From Candidatus Poseidoniaceae archaeon (GTDB lineage: Archaea; Thermoplasmatota; Poseidoniia; Poseidoniales; Poseidoniaceae), in the NCBI GenBank assembly GCA_030747785.1, contig JASLKC010000014.1:35873-99872 (forward strand): a stretch of 64,000 nucleotides of DNA, given 5' to 3'. Shown here piece by piece: positions 36,560 to 46,531 of this stretch. Within the stretch, counting starts at the first letter, position 1; the number at the start of each line of letters is the position of its first letter. Both the position numbers and the translations under genes were made by a program. A model generated the notes under the pieces. It was not told the origin of the DNA. It did not search any database and saw only the letters and a program-made list of their open reading frames with translations.

Positions 36560-37668
36560 GACAAAATTCTGTCTAACTCGCTGTTTTTGATAGCCTTCTT
36601 GATAGAGCGTGCAATCCTTCTTCCTGTAGACATGAAGGCTTCGTTGAGGTCGCTATATGGCGACCCTCCGATAAATGGATTCGATCCTGCTACAATTCGT
36701 GCACTAATCTCAAAGACTCTGAATTCGAGGCGGTCATTGACAATCGTCTCAAGACAAAATGGGCCAATCATCCCCCTTGATTCTTCTTCTAACTCAAATG
36801 AAGCAGCAACTGTTCCTTCAGCCAATTCAAACGCTTTGGGCAATAGACTTTCTCTGATTACTACAGACATGTTTCCTGTAACAACGAAAGAGGGCTCAAG
36901 GTTCATCTCACGCAGGTCTCTTAGGCTACCGAGTTTGTAGAATTCATCGACATTTGATTCATCTCGACGATCCATACTCATGAGTTCGAGCCTTCCCAAA
37001 TTCTTGCCAGCATGGCTACCTTTACCTTGAACTTGGAAACCATCAGTTGCAGTGGGGTCAAAGAAGAAGTGCATGTAATAGCGACACCCAAGGACATATT
37101 CCTGAATTGTGAAATCCTCATCAAGGTTGACATTTCGTTTGAAATCACGATAATCACGAGCGATGAAGTATCCTTCGCCACCTTTTGCACCTGCATATTT
37201 CACAATAACAGGGCCGTCGATATCGTGAGGGTCATCAATCACTTTTGGTAATTCACAGCCACCGCTCTCAAGCCATTGGCGTTGACGCTCTCTACTGCTT
37301 TCCCAGTGTAGAATACCTCTATTTCCAAAGGTAGGAACCTCGAGTTTACGATAATTGTCACTACCGAGATATTCTACTAGAGACCCGTGTGGAATAATGA
37401 CAACATTGCGCTCACGTAGCCACTTTGCCTTACTGAGAAGTTCACTATAATTATCTAGCATTAACCACTCATCGGGTTCGGCACCAGGGAATGCAGAGTA
37501 GAACTTCCTACGGTTTTCACCAACGGCAATTCCTAGAGTTTTGAAGCCCTCCATTCGCGCTCCATGAAGGATTTGAAGGGATGAATGAGATGCAACGACA
37601 CCGATTGTGACATCATCAGAATCGTAGGATTTGAGCCAAGCCATCAGCTGTTCGTTGTCTACGCCCAT
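36556..37668 (-). CDS. purP: 5-formaminoimidazole-4-carboxamide ribonucleotide synthetase (PurP, ATP-grasp), archaeal purine biosynthesis
   Basis: N-terminus VTIGVVASHSSLQILHGARMEGFKTLGI matches the PurP family start, with an ATP-grasp body. Confidence 0.85.
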   Translation of the reverse strand: MGVDNEQLMAWLKSYDSDDVTIGVVASHSSLQILHGARMEGFKTLGIAVGENRRKFYSAFPGAEPDEWLMLDNYSELLSKAKWLRERNVVIIPHGSLVEYLGSDNYRKLEVPTFGNRGILHWESSRERQRQWLESGGCELPKVIDDPHDIDGPVIVKYAGAKGGEGYFIARDYRDFKRNVNLDEDFTIQEYVLGCRYYMHFFFDPTATDGFQVQGKGSHAGKNLGRLELMSMDRRDESNVDEFYKLGSLRDLREMNLEPSFVVTGNMSVVIRESLLPKAFELAEGTVAASFELEEESRGMIGPFCLETIVNDRLEFRVFEISARIVAGSNPFIGGSPYSDLNEAFMSTGRRIARSIKKAIKNSELDRILS

Positions 37669-37731
37669 ATCGCCCGGTTCTATATTCGACTAATGACTAT
37701 TGCGCTTGAGCAATTATTGAAAGTCTGAAAG

Positions 37732-38889
37732 ATGAATCAACAATTCATGTCGCAACAACATTTTTTCCTCCGTCAAGACTTCAAGTGTCGGCTATATGGG
37801 ACAAACATGGGCAAAGCCGAATCAAGTAGCCGCATGACATATGGAAACTATCTCCAACTCGATACTTTGCTTACATTACAGGATGGGCCAGAAGGGCACT
37901 CTCCTCCTCCCTGCAATGATGAAATGCATTTCATTGTCATCCATCAGGTATTCGAATTGTGGTTCAAACTCCTTAATCGAGAATTAGAAGAATCATTGAA
38001 TTTGATGGAAGTAGAAGAGGTTTCTGAAGAGAGCATTCCACAAGTAGTACATCATTTGGAACGCTGTGCTGAGACATTTAGGTTGATGGCACAACAGTGG
38101 AAAGTAATGGAGACTCTTACGCCACAAGATTTCCTGGCATTCCGTGATAGATTAGGCACATCATCCGGCTTTGAGAGTTGGCAAATGCGCTCATTAGAGA
38201 TGCTAATGGGGCTAGATCCTGAGCAAAGAATTGGCGGAATGGATCCAATGGTTCACAACCGCAAGTTGCACCAAGAGGGAAAGTTGTCTGATGAGGTAAT
38301 GTCAGAACTCGATAGATTAGCAGCGCGACCCACTCTCAAGCAAGTATTGCGACAGTGGCTGGAGCGCACTCCTGTTGAGGGCGTTTCGGGAGATGCCGCT
38401 ATTCTCACAAACTTTGTTGAAGGCCATCTTTCAGCAATGGCTGAGCATAGTGAGGTAGTAATTGCTCACATGGTTGAAATTGGCCACGGTGAAGAGGCTG
38501 CAATACGCCCTAGAATGGAAGGCGGAATTGTATCAGCCAGAGAGTTTCTATTACCAGATGGTCAAGTAGATGCAGCACGTGCAGGCCTTCTTTTCATTGA
38601 ATCATATCGTGAGCTTCCTCTTTTGTCATGGCCAAGAAGGCTCATTGACACTGTTGTTGAATTAGAGGAATCAATGCTATTATTCCGTTTCCACCATGCT
38701 AGAATGGTTGAGAGAATGATTGGTAGAAGAATGGGCACTGGTGGTTCTAGTGGAGTCGATTATCTCGATATGACCCTGAAATACAGGGTATTTACTGATT
38801 TATGGGCAGTTCGAACTATGTTGGTGAAGAGAGAATCTCTTCCCGACCCTAAAAATTCAGAATTCTATGGCTATGCCGCAGATAATTGA
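37732..38889 (+). CDS. kynA: tryptophan 2,3-dioxygenase
   Basis: TYGNYLQLDTLLTLQ ... MHFIVIHQVFELWFKLL closely matches the TDO N-terminal helix signature. The start may be an internal Met (MGKAESS). Confidence 0.85.
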   Translation: MNQQFMSQQHFFLRQDFKCRLYGTNMGKAESSSRMTYGNYLQLDTLLTLQDGPEGHSPPPCNDEMHFIVIHQVFELWFKLLNRELEESLNLMEVEEVSEESIPQVVHHLERCAETFRLMAQQWKVMETLTPQDFLAFRDRLGTSSGFESWQMRSLEMLMGLDPEQRIGGMDPMVHNRKLHQEGKLSDEVMSELDRLAARPTLKQVLRQWLERTPVEGVSGDAAILTNFVEGHLSAMAEHSEVVIAHMVEIGHGEEAAIRPRMEGGIVSAREFLLPDGQVDAARAGLLFIESYRELPLLSWPRRLIDTVVELEESMLLFRFHHARMVERMIGRRMGTGGSSGVDYLDMTLKYRVFTDLWAVRTMLVKRESLPDPKNSEFYGYAADN

Positions 38890-38892
38890 GCC

Positions 38893-39156
38893 TCAAGCAT
38901 TGTGAGGGTCGGTGTCGATTGGGATGAGTTCGTGGTCGTACTCATACATTGCAATCTTTAGTGGGTCAAGAACGAAGCGAACACTTGCTTCTTCAAGTCC
39001 GTAAAGGGAGATTAGTTCTGCCTTGAAAGCTTCACGAAGGATATCTTCATTCACGTTCAGTGGTGCACCCATTCCAATTTGTAGGGCGCGTGCACCGATA
39101 ATGCGAGCTCGCTCAAAGCGAGTGTGTGGACGGATTGGCTTGACCATTTCAGACAC
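38893..39156 (-). CDS. rpoK: DNA-directed RNA polymerase subunit K (Rpb6/omega homolog)
   Basis: [23 protein letters not shown] is the RpoK/Rpb6 core motif. Confidence 0.8.
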   Translation of the reverse strand: MSEMVKPIRPHTRFERARIIGARALQIGMGAPLNVNEDILREAFKAELISLYGLEEASVRFVLDPLKIAMYEYDHELIPIDTDPHNA

Positions 39157-39225
39157 CTATGCACGATACGTGCGAATTGGGCGACCAACACCCTGTTCTT
39201 GAACCCTGCGCCACCCGTAGGGTGG

Positions 39226-40062
39226 TTATTCTTCTTCATTTGGCGGTTCTTGACGGATGGTTTTGATTAAATCCCATGTGGCAGGGAGTATCATCAGAAT
39301 AAGCAATCCAGTGATAATTAGGATGGTATCTATGTTGTTTTTTGGTAGAATTTTCTCTGTAAATTGTATTCCACCTTCAGGTTCCAAATCATGTGCAGGA
39401 TTTGAAGAAGCCGAAACCGTGGTAATCCGACCAGGCGTACTCAACATGATCACTAGGTAATCACCATCTAGAGATATGGAATTATTTCCCGCATCAATGA
39501 TTGAATAATTTGTTGCAAGATTAATCAATCCCGCTTGGTTTGCAACGGTCCAAACTTCTATAATTAGGGGCTCTGAAAGGCTACTATTGATAAATAATTC
39601 ACCGTTTTCTAAATTCGCTGAGGTTAGTCCCGACAGGTTTACTTCGCTATCAGATATCGCCATTTCTAATTCGAGAGATTGAGTTTTTCCAGCGAGTAGC
39701 CCCTCTCCATCGATAACCAAATCCGGATATCCCCAAAGTTGGTAAGTATCAGCAAATCTTTGATTTGATGCATTTAGCCAAAATAGATCAGATTTGGAAG
39801 GATGATGGGTCATCACGAATGTATTGTCAGATTCTCTTTGGTCGAGTTGTGTTTCTACTGCTTCGCAAGGCTCACACCAATCGGCGCCAAAATACTCGAC
39901 AAGATGAGCTGGACGCCAGCCGGCGCATGACGTATTTTCTTCTATGCACGTAAGGTCGATGATGAGGACATCGTGCAATATACCTTCATCTGCTACATTT
40001 GCACTCACGCTATGGCACAAAGGTGCTAGGAAGAGGAAACAAAGTAGGATTGCACCCCTCAT
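39226..40062 (-). CDS. secreted/membrane-anchored thioredoxin-fold protein with a WCxxC (WCEPC) redox motif
   Basis: Signal peptide MRGAILLCFLFLAPLCHSVSA (internal start chosen, the ORF track extends to 40251), EYFGADWCEPCEAVE, and a C-terminal TM (ILIITGLLILMILP). It sits next to the heme A/O synthase genes. Confidence 0.55.
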   Translation of the reverse strand: MRGAILLCFLFLAPLCHSVSANVADEGILHDVLIIDLTCIEENTSCAGWRPAHLVEYFGADWCEPCEAVETQLDQRESDNTFVMTHHPSKSDLFWLNASNQRFADTYQLWGYPDLVIDGEGLLAGKTQSLELEMAISDSEVNLSGLTSANLENGELFINSSLSEPLIIEVWTVANQAGLINLATNYSIIDAGNNSISLDGDYLVIMLSTPGRITTVSASSNPAHDLEPEGGIQFTEKILPKNNIDTILIITGLLILMILPATWDLIKTIRQEPPNEEE

Positions 40063-40120
40063 CAAACATGCGGAGCGCACCCGCTTTGTTAAAGGGGGGC
40101 CTACGGCCCCCGCCGAATAG

Positions 40121-41173
40121 ATGGTAGCCCCTTGGTTCAAGCGACCTTCAACATTGCCACTTGTAATTGCAATCATGGCTTTGCTAATTATCATCGTTGG
40201 CGGGACAATTAGAGTTCTTGATGCCGGTGAATCTTGTCCGGATTGGCCCAAGTGTTTCGGAGGCTGGGGATTTGATGTTTCAGAGGACGAGCAATTGGCT
40301 TGGTATGAATCAAATCCAGATGAAGTAGATAGCCGAGGTATTGACCACAGTTACTCCACATTCGAGATATTCACAGAGTGGTTTCATCGCTTACTCGCAT
40401 CGGTGATGGCAATACCGGTGCTTGCGAATTTCCTGATTATTTGGTCGAGAAGAGAACGTTATGGCGATGGGTTGGTACGCACGTCATTTCTCACAGGCAT
40501 CTTACTAATTGTTCAGGGAATTGCAGGAATGGTTACCGTCAAACAAGATAATGCAGACTGGTCGGTAGCATTGCACCTCATACTAGCCTTATTTTTTGTT
40601 TCTATACTCATTTGGCAATGGATCTTAATGCGGCGAATAGAAGGGAAAAAATGGCCAATGCATGAAGCTCCAGCAGGTTTTGTTGCAAAACAATTGAATC
40701 GTTTCATCACCCTGACTTGTACAATTCTCATATTGCTTGTCCTTGGAGCATGGGTTGCTGCGAATAAGGAATACAATGCAGGTTGTGCTGTTGGCTTCCC
40801 CAATGGATGGCCTCAATGCCATGGATATTGGTTACCTTCACTTGATGGTCCCGGAATTATGGTACAGATGTTCCATCGTATTGGTGCTGGAATAGTTGGA
40901 ATTGCATTAATCGTTGGAAGTATGCGTATCCGCGAGAGTGCATTGGAATTTGGAGCTCATAAGGGATTCAGCAGATGTATCGATCTAGCGACAGGATTTT
41001 GGCTCCTGAATGTATTTGTTGGCGGTCTATACATCATTCTTGCAAAGACCGAGTTTCCTGAATTTCTTTCACTCATTCACTTAATTGTAGGTGTAACATC
41101 ATTTCTGACTGCAATGTTTGGGACACTGATGCTGATGAGTGCAGATCTGGTTGGTGATGATGATGAAGAATGA
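40121..41173 (+). CDS. ctaA: heme A synthase (CtaA/COX15 family)
   Basis: N-terminal TM followed by a Cys-pair loop (GESCPDWPKCFGGWG), multiple TMs, and conserved His-containing helices. Confidence 0.8.
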   Translation: MVAPWFKRPSTLPLVIAIMALLIIIVGGTIRVLDAGESCPDWPKCFGGWGFDVSEDEQLAWYESNPDEVDSRGIDHSYSTFEIFTEWFHRLLASVMAIPVLANFLIIWSRRERYGDGLVRTSFLTGILLIVQGIAGMVTVKQDNADWSVALHLILALFFVSILIWQWILMRRIEGKKWPMHEAPAGFVAKQLNRFITLTCTILILLVLGAWVAANKEYNAGCAVGFPNGWPQCHGYWLPSLDGPGIMVQMFHRIGAGIVGIALIVGSMRIRESALEFGAHKGFSRCIDLATGFWLLNVFVGGLYIILAKTEFPEFLSLIHLIVGVTSFLTAMFGTLMLMSADLVGDDDEE

Positions 41174-41186
41174 CGACCACCCCGGT

Positions 41187-42161
41187 ATGGTAAGAGTTCT
41201 AATGCAATTGATGAAATTGCGAGTAGTAGTACTCCTTCAGGTGACAGCAATTTGCGCAATCCTTGCCCACGACCTCCTTGTTCGATACGAGTCTATTCCC
41301 GGAGATAGGACATGGATGGATACCTTGTATACATCTTTCATCACCTTAGTAGGAGGTACTTTGGCTGCAGGAGGTTCAAATGCAATCAACATGGTCTATG
41401 ATAGAGACATCGACCCTGGGATGTCGAGAACTCGTACTAGACCAATACCAAAGGGATGGATCAGTCCAAATGCGGCTCTATTCTTTGGAATAGTAATCGC
41501 ATTAATCGGTAGTGGCTTATTCTTATTATTACACTGGAAGGCAGCATTTTGGTCACTTTTTTCTGTAGTATTCTATGTATTTGTATACACGATTTGGCTC
41601 AAACGGAGAACCCCTCAAAATATTGTAATTGGAGGAGCAGCAGGCGCAACCCCTCCAGTTATTGGATGGGCAGGAGCCGCTGCAGCCTCCTTGCCAAATA
41701 ATCTCAATCCATTTGATCTTGGTTCACCTGCGCCATGGATGCTATTCTTACTGGTATTCCTTTGGACTCCACCACATTTCTGGGCTTTAGCACTATATCG
41801 TAGTGGAGAATATGGCAAAGTTGGAGTTCCTATGATGCCTGATGTCAAAGGACCACATCACACATTAAAACAATCTAAGTTCTATTGCATTCTTCTTTTT
41901 GGTCTAGGTGCGGTTCCTTGTTTTTGGCCAGGTTCAGGTTTACCACTCATTTGGGCATTTGTCGCTGGTAGCCTAACCCTCTGGTATTCGATTTCAGTTT
42001 GGAAAATCGATCCTGATGAACCATTTGATGAAAATGGCCGTATGCCAAAGGCATTTACCTCTTTTATGAGAAGTTTAGCGTATCTAGGATTGATGTTCAT
42101 CACGTTTGTTTTGGTTGTAGCTATACCTCCAACTTGGTTAGGGCCACTTGGAATTTTGTGA
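41187..42161 (+). CDS. ctaB: protoheme IX farnesyltransferase (heme O synthase, UbiA family)
   Basis: UbiA-family motifs NMVYDRDIDPGMSRTRTRPIP and WTPPHFWALAL. The start is set at the internal Met just after the ctaA stop. Confidence 0.85.
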   Translation: MVRVLMQLMKLRVVVLLQVTAICAILAHDLLVRYESIPGDRTWMDTLYTSFITLVGGTLAAGGSNAINMVYDRDIDPGMSRTRTRPIPKGWISPNAALFFGIVIALIGSGLFLLLHWKAAFWSLFSVVFYVFVYTIWLKRRTPQNIVIGGAAGATPPVIGWAGAAAASLPNNLNPFDLGSPAPWMLFLLVFLWTPPHFWALALYRSGEYGKVGVPMMPDVKGPHHTLKQSKFYCILLFGLGAVPCFWPGSGLPLIWAFVAGSLTLWYSISVWKIDPDEPFDENGRMPKAFTSFMRSLAYLGLMFITFVLVVAIPPTWLGPLGIL

Positions 42162-42188
42162 AATGCTAAACAACTGAAGTGGCAAAAG

Positions 42189-42271
42189 CGCGACGAGAGG
42201 GATTCGAACCCTCGTGGGCAGACCCATCGGATTAGCAATCCGACGCAATGGCCAGGCTATGCGATCGTCGC
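42189..42271 (-). tRNA. tRNA-Ser (anticodon GCU), class II with a long variable arm, no encoded CCA
   Basis: The reverse complement folds as acceptor GCGACGA/TCGTCGC, anticodon stem-loop CGGA-TTGCTAA-TCCG (anticodon GCT), a 13-nt variable arm, and T-arm GAGGG-TTCGAAT-CCCTC. Confidence 0.75.
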
Positions 42272-42322
42272 AGGCGTCTCGCCCACCTGACCTCTTGAGA
42301 TAAAGCAGACGGTTCAACCAAT

Positions 42323-45271
42323 TCAGAAGAACTCGTCGAACTCGTTATCATCATATGTCTTCGGGGCATTTGCAATGCGACGAGAGATTACTTTGGCCAG
42401 TCGCTTTCTCTTCTTGAGTAATAACGGCAATCCAATGAAGTTGATCATGATTATAGCTAGCATTATCGCTCCAGTAATTTGGAATAATTGGTCCTCCATT
42501 GACTCCTCAAGATCTCCAAACCATTGTACTCCCAAAGGTGGTTCTTCTGGGGCAGGTGGTTCAGGTACTCTCCATTCATTGTAGGTCCAGTGTTCATCAT
42601 CAACATGAACACGTTCGATATTTACAGAGGGAATATCCACTAGGGTTTCTTCGTTGCCTACCCAATCTAAGGGGGTGAGGATGTAGTAATATGTGCGGTA
42701 TGGCCTGATTCCATCGTAGTCTGTACCATTATCCCAGAACTCACCGGACTCTCCTGGTACATTGATTAGGCCAGTTGCAATTGGTTCGACAAATCTCAAA
42801 TCCATGTCATTTGGTATTGCATCCAAACGATACAAATTCCAAGTAATATCGCCTTCTGGTTCATGTTCAGGCCAGGTCCATGTCAATTTCATTTCATAGC
42901 AACTAAACCAATCTAGTTGTTTGTCAAAACAACTGGTTTCATTATTGTAAGAAACTGTGTGAGATAATCCAGAAACCTCTGATGTCGGGTTTATGGCATC
43001 ACCACATTTCAGACCAGGAATTTCATCAACAATTGTGACTTCTCCTTGAAGTGGCGCTGGTTCAGCTGCGCGGTTGGCTGGCATGATAGCATATGATACA
43101 CATTCACCAGTCTCTAGAGGAGTGGGGTCATCCCATGATGATATAGTAGACGAGACATATACTTGGAATGTATTTGCCATTAAACCATCCCAAACGAATT
43201 TACTGGTCGTAGTTTCAGGATTTGGGAAATATGATGAAGCACCAGGCACTCCTGAAAGTCGATAAATCTGCCATCCCCCGAAGTATGGATTAGAGAGGTC
43301 TCCAACTGGTTCCCATTCAAGGCGCATGAATCCATCTGGTAGGAGTTCGATTTCCGGTTGTCCCGGGGTGATATTTGCAGGAGGTAGTTCACCGACAATT
43401 AGCAAATCCATATTTTCGATTAGATGAACTCTTATCGTTTCATTATTGATTAATTCATAGGTGTTTTCACCACCCAATGGATCCCAATCAATTTGGTCTA
43501 GCCCATATAATTGGCGAATCTTTACTGAACTAAACGGTACATTGCTTGGTAGCATATTCGTGAGATTTAGGTCGAATTCCATATAATCCATGCCTAGAGA
43601 ATCTGAATCATCTGTTTTCTCTACGTCAATAGACATGATTAGAAGTGACTCTAAGCCCTCTCCAGGCCCATAATTGAACCCAGGTACTGGATAGTCGTAA
43701 ATAGCGGTCCCACTTGCATGACTTCGTGTTACTGCGTATCCAGAAAGCCAGTCTCCAGTGCTGATGTCAGAACTATTGAATACAGTTATTTGAATTGTGT
43801 CAGATTCCATTGAGCCAAGTGAATCAGTAACTCTAGTAGTGACGAAGTGGTCTCCAAGTCCGATGACTTCAGCTGAGATATTGATAGTTTTTCCAGTGCC
43901 GAGTGGGAAAATTCCACCTATCCACCATGAATAGTCTAGAGGTGCGGCTGCATTTAATGAAGTTCGAGCACTAAACTCAATGCTTTCTCCGGTGTTATAC
44001 TGTCCATAAAAATTGGACTGTTCAATAATAGGGGAGATCTCGCCTGCAATTACTTCTGTGGTTTCAGTGAGAATATTGTCACTAGGTTTAGCATCAGGAC
44101 CCTCTGACATCATTTCATTTACATATACTTTGAAGTGCTTATCTCCTATCTCTTGGACATCAAAGATACAGGTTTCACTATCGCTAGGTACTATGAATTC
44201 TGGGTAACAATCCTCTTCGGATTCAATAACATCAAAGAGATCCATTATTGTGAATCTAACTAGAGGTTCATGCACTGTCTTATTTCCAAGATTGGAGATA
44301 ACTACAGCAATGGAATCATTTCCATAATAATAAACCGATGAAGACGGTGCGAATCGTGGATACATTTCTGTGACTTGAAGGTCAACTGTATCATCAAATA
44401 TAATTTCAACGCTTCCGAGGTCATTGTATGAATTCATATCTCCAACTGGGTTCCCGCTTGAGGATAAAAGGCCGTAAATCATTGTATAGCGTCCTTCTTC
44501 AGAGTAGTTTAGAGCAGGTAGCGACCTTGTAAATGATGCTTCACCCCAACTGGGAAGGTCAGAGTATGGAATTGTTGAATTATGAACTTCGCTTCCAGTT
44601 TCATTGAGTAACTTCCAACCAATATTTGCAATGAGATTACAATCCCCACAAGAAGTGACAATTCCGCTTATAGTCATGTCATAATTGGTTCCAGTATTGA
44701 GAATGAGTTCACCTTCGTATTGGTTTAGGTCTTCCAGTTGGGAAATTGGATCTTGGTAATCTAGAACTACATCAACTAATTTTTGTGTTAGATAGAATGT
44801 TGTAATCAAGAGGTCATTTGAAGTAACGGTATCGTCTTCTTGGAATCTATAAATCAATGTATAGACTCCTTCATCCCCGTCGGGGCTGAAGCCATTGGCA
44901 GCCTGTATTTTTGTAGATTCACCTACAGCAATAGGCTCGACACTCATACTGCCTGAATCTTCATTTGCTGAAATACAAGCGTTCACATCCAATTCGCCTT
45001 CGCAGATGAACCAGTCGACAATTCTAGTTTCAACATTGAAGAAAAATCCGGAATTTGTAACATTCAATTCAAAGGTAATGGGATCCCAAGATGAAATGTA
45101 TTCCCCTTCTAGGGGCACAAGTGATTCTGTGAGTTCATAGTCACCACTCACCATTGCACTTGCTGTAGGGGCCATCAAAATGCCACTGAATGAAGAAATT
45201 ATCATTACGAAGATTAAGGCAATGCTCTTCCCTGCCAAACCAGTGCTTTCGACAGCAATCGCTCTGGACAT
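42323..45271 (-). CDS. large (about 980-1008 aa) secreted cell-surface protein with a C-terminal TM anchor and basic cytoplasmic tail
   Basis: Signal peptide after the internal Met (MSRAIAVE ... ILMAPTASA). A long beta-rich, T/S/N/D-rich extracellular region. C-terminal TM LAIIMINFIGLPLLL followed by KKRKRLAK. Confidence 0.6.
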   Translation of the reverse strand: MSRAIAVESTGLAGKSIALIFVMIISSFSGILMAPTASAMVSGDYELTESLVPLEGEYISSWDPITFELNVTNSGFFFNVETRIVDWFICEGELDVNACISANEDSGSMSVEPIAVGESTKIQAANGFSPDGDEGVYTLIYRFQEDDTVTSNDLLITTFYLTQKLVDVVLDYQDPISQLEDLNQYEGELILNTGTNYDMTISGIVTSCGDCNLIANIGWKLLNETGSEVHNSTIPYSDLPSWGEASFTRSLPALNYSEEGRYTMIYGLLSSSGNPVGDMNSYNDLGSVEIIFDDTVDLQVTEMYPRFAPSSSVYYYGNDSIAVVISNLGNKTVHEPLVRFTIMDLFDVIESEEDCYPEFIVPSDSETCIFDVQEIGDKHFKVYVNEMMSEGPDAKPSDNILTETTEVIAGEISPIIEQSNFYGQYNTGESIEFSARTSLNAAAPLDYSWWIGGIFPLGTGKTINISAEVIGLGDHFVTTRVTDSLGSMESDTIQITVFNSSDISTGDWLSGYAVTRSHASGTAIYDYPVPGFNYGPGEGLESLLIMSIDVEKTDDSDSLGMDYMEFDLNLTNMLPSNVPFSSVKIRQLYGLDQIDWDPLGGENTYELINNETIRVHLIENMDLLIVGELPPANITPGQPEIELLPDGFMRLEWEPVGDLSNPYFGGWQIYRLSGVPGASSYFPNPETTTSKFVWDGLMANTFQVYVSSTISSWDDPTPLETGECVSYAIMPANRAAEPAPLQGEVTIVDEIPGLKCGDAINPTSEVSGLSHTVSYNNETSCFDKQLDWFSCYEMKLTWTWPEHEPEGDITWNLYRLDAIPNDMDLRFVEPIATGLINVPGESGEFWDNGTDYDGIRPYRTYYYILTPLDWVGNEETLVDIPSVNIERVHVDDEHWTYNEWRVPEPPAPEEPPLGVQWFGDLEESMEDQLFQITGAIMLAIIMINFIGLPLLLKKRKRLAKVISRRIANAPKTYDDNEFDEFF

Positions 45272-45397
45272 CAGTCTTGCCTCGCACCGGCCCCTCAAAT
45301 ACCAATCGGTGCCACCTCCCTTCGGGAGTTGTATTCCCAACGAATACATATTCGACGGGCGACACCCTATTGACTCTCCAATGCTCCCCTTTGTTTC

Positions 45398-46477
45398 ATG
45401 GACGGCAGGGGCGGGTGCGTAAGGTCGCCAGTCGACACAGACGAAGCCGTTGTTGCAGTCGTCGAATTTCTGTCTGCATTTGCCCTTTTTTTGATGATTC
45501 TCACCGCTTTCATGTCATTGGCCCAACTTGAATTAGGAAGCAATGACCCCACGACTGACCTAGTCGACAGATCTGCTGTTGAAGGACTTGAACGCCTTAC
45601 ATCAGACGAGGGTTGGTTTGTACCATATGTTGACGGGGTAAGAGATTCAGCAAATTCTACTTCAGAATGGCACAAGATTAGCCCAGTAGATATTGAAGGC
45701 GGCGCAATATTGCCTGGGCTCATGAATGGAGATAATTTAGATTCAAATCGTATTGCTGCATTGGCAAATGTGAGCCTTGGGGATGTGATTACCGGATTGG
45801 GATTACCCGATGGGATGCAATTACGTTTGGTGATAAAGGTGGAATCTTCGGATGATTCAGAAAGAACCGGAAAAATCCTCTTTGAGGGTGGTTCTAAACG
45901 AATGGGAGCAAGCATTTCATCCATCGCTTCTCGAACTTTCACAAACGCAAATGAAGTTACATCAGTAACTCTAGAAGTTCACAATGGAGGCACACCACCT
46001 GAAATGCTCAGAATGACCGAGTTTTCTCCAAGGCCGGCAAATAACGGTCCAGAATGGATTGAGGTTCAGAATCTAAACGGCTTCGCTCTATCACTCAATG
46101 GCTGGTCGTTCGAACGTAATGGGTCATCTGGAGATATGGACCATTTATTCACAGAAGGCGTCGTACCTGGCGGTGAAATCGTTATTTTTAGTGGAGATAT
46201 TACCAATCAAGAGACCGGAGCTGCGAGTATTGTCTATGATCTCGGCTCATCAGGTTTCTTAGGTGTAGGTAGTATTGATGGATTATCTGATACTGCTGGG
46301 CGTCTCAAATTGCTGCATGCAAATTCAAATGACTTTAGAGGCACAATCATTTGTCTGTATGAGTGGAATCCTTCTACAGGAATTTCAATCAATAATACCA
46401 TTCAGTGGAATGGTGGAACACCTACGGTGGATTCCTCTTGGAATGTATCATCGACACCTACACCCGGTATAGTTTGA
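45398..46477 (+). CDS. secreted/membrane-anchored protein with a lamin-tail-domain (LTD)-like module
   Basis: N-terminal hydrophobic segment (AVVAVVEFLSAFALFLMILTAF). The C-terminal half has an LTD-like motif (NGPEWIEVQNLNGFALSLNGWSF ... GGEIVIFSGD). Confidence 0.5.
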   Translation: MDGRGGCVRSPVDTDEAVVAVVEFLSAFALFLMILTAFMSLAQLELGSNDPTTDLVDRSAVEGLERLTSDEGWFVPYVDGVRDSANSTSEWHKISPVDIEGGAILPGLMNGDNLDSNRIAALANVSLGDVITGLGLPDGMQLRLVIKVESSDDSERTGKILFEGGSKRMGASISSIASRTFTNANEVTSVTLEVHNGGTPPEMLRMTEFSPRPANNGPEWIEVQNLNGFALSLNGWSFERNGSSGDMDHLFTEGVVPGGEIVIFSGDITNQETGAASIVYDLGSSGFLGVGSIDGLSDTAGRLKLLHANSNDFRGTIICLYEWNPSTGISINNTIQWNGGTPTVDSSWNVSSTPTPGIV

Positions 46478-46531
46478 GTCGATTACGGCGCATGTTTCAT
46501 CTACTCGATTGCTGTCGATGAGCCGGTACCC

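Noticed and set aside
40062-40251. 63-aa N-terminal extension of the thioredoxin-like protein (MGQSGQDSP...)
   Set aside because: A classic signal peptide (MRGAILLCFLFLAPLCHSVSA) begins at the internal Met. The longer form would bury it and would overlap the divergent ctaA start region.
41077-42238. Small antisense ORFs across ctaB and the tRNA region (e.g. 41882-42238, 118 aa)
   Set aside because: They overlap the well-supported UbiA-family ctaB gene and the tRNA-Ser on the opposite strand, with no independent motif support.
45141-45531. Several short ORFs in the divergent region between the 1008-aa surface protein and the LTD gene (45180-45422, 45190-45531)
   Set aside because: They overlap the signal-peptide-encoding 5' end of the surface protein gene and the start of the LTD gene in other frames. 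It is more parsimonious that the region is two divergent promoters plus the 5' coding ends.
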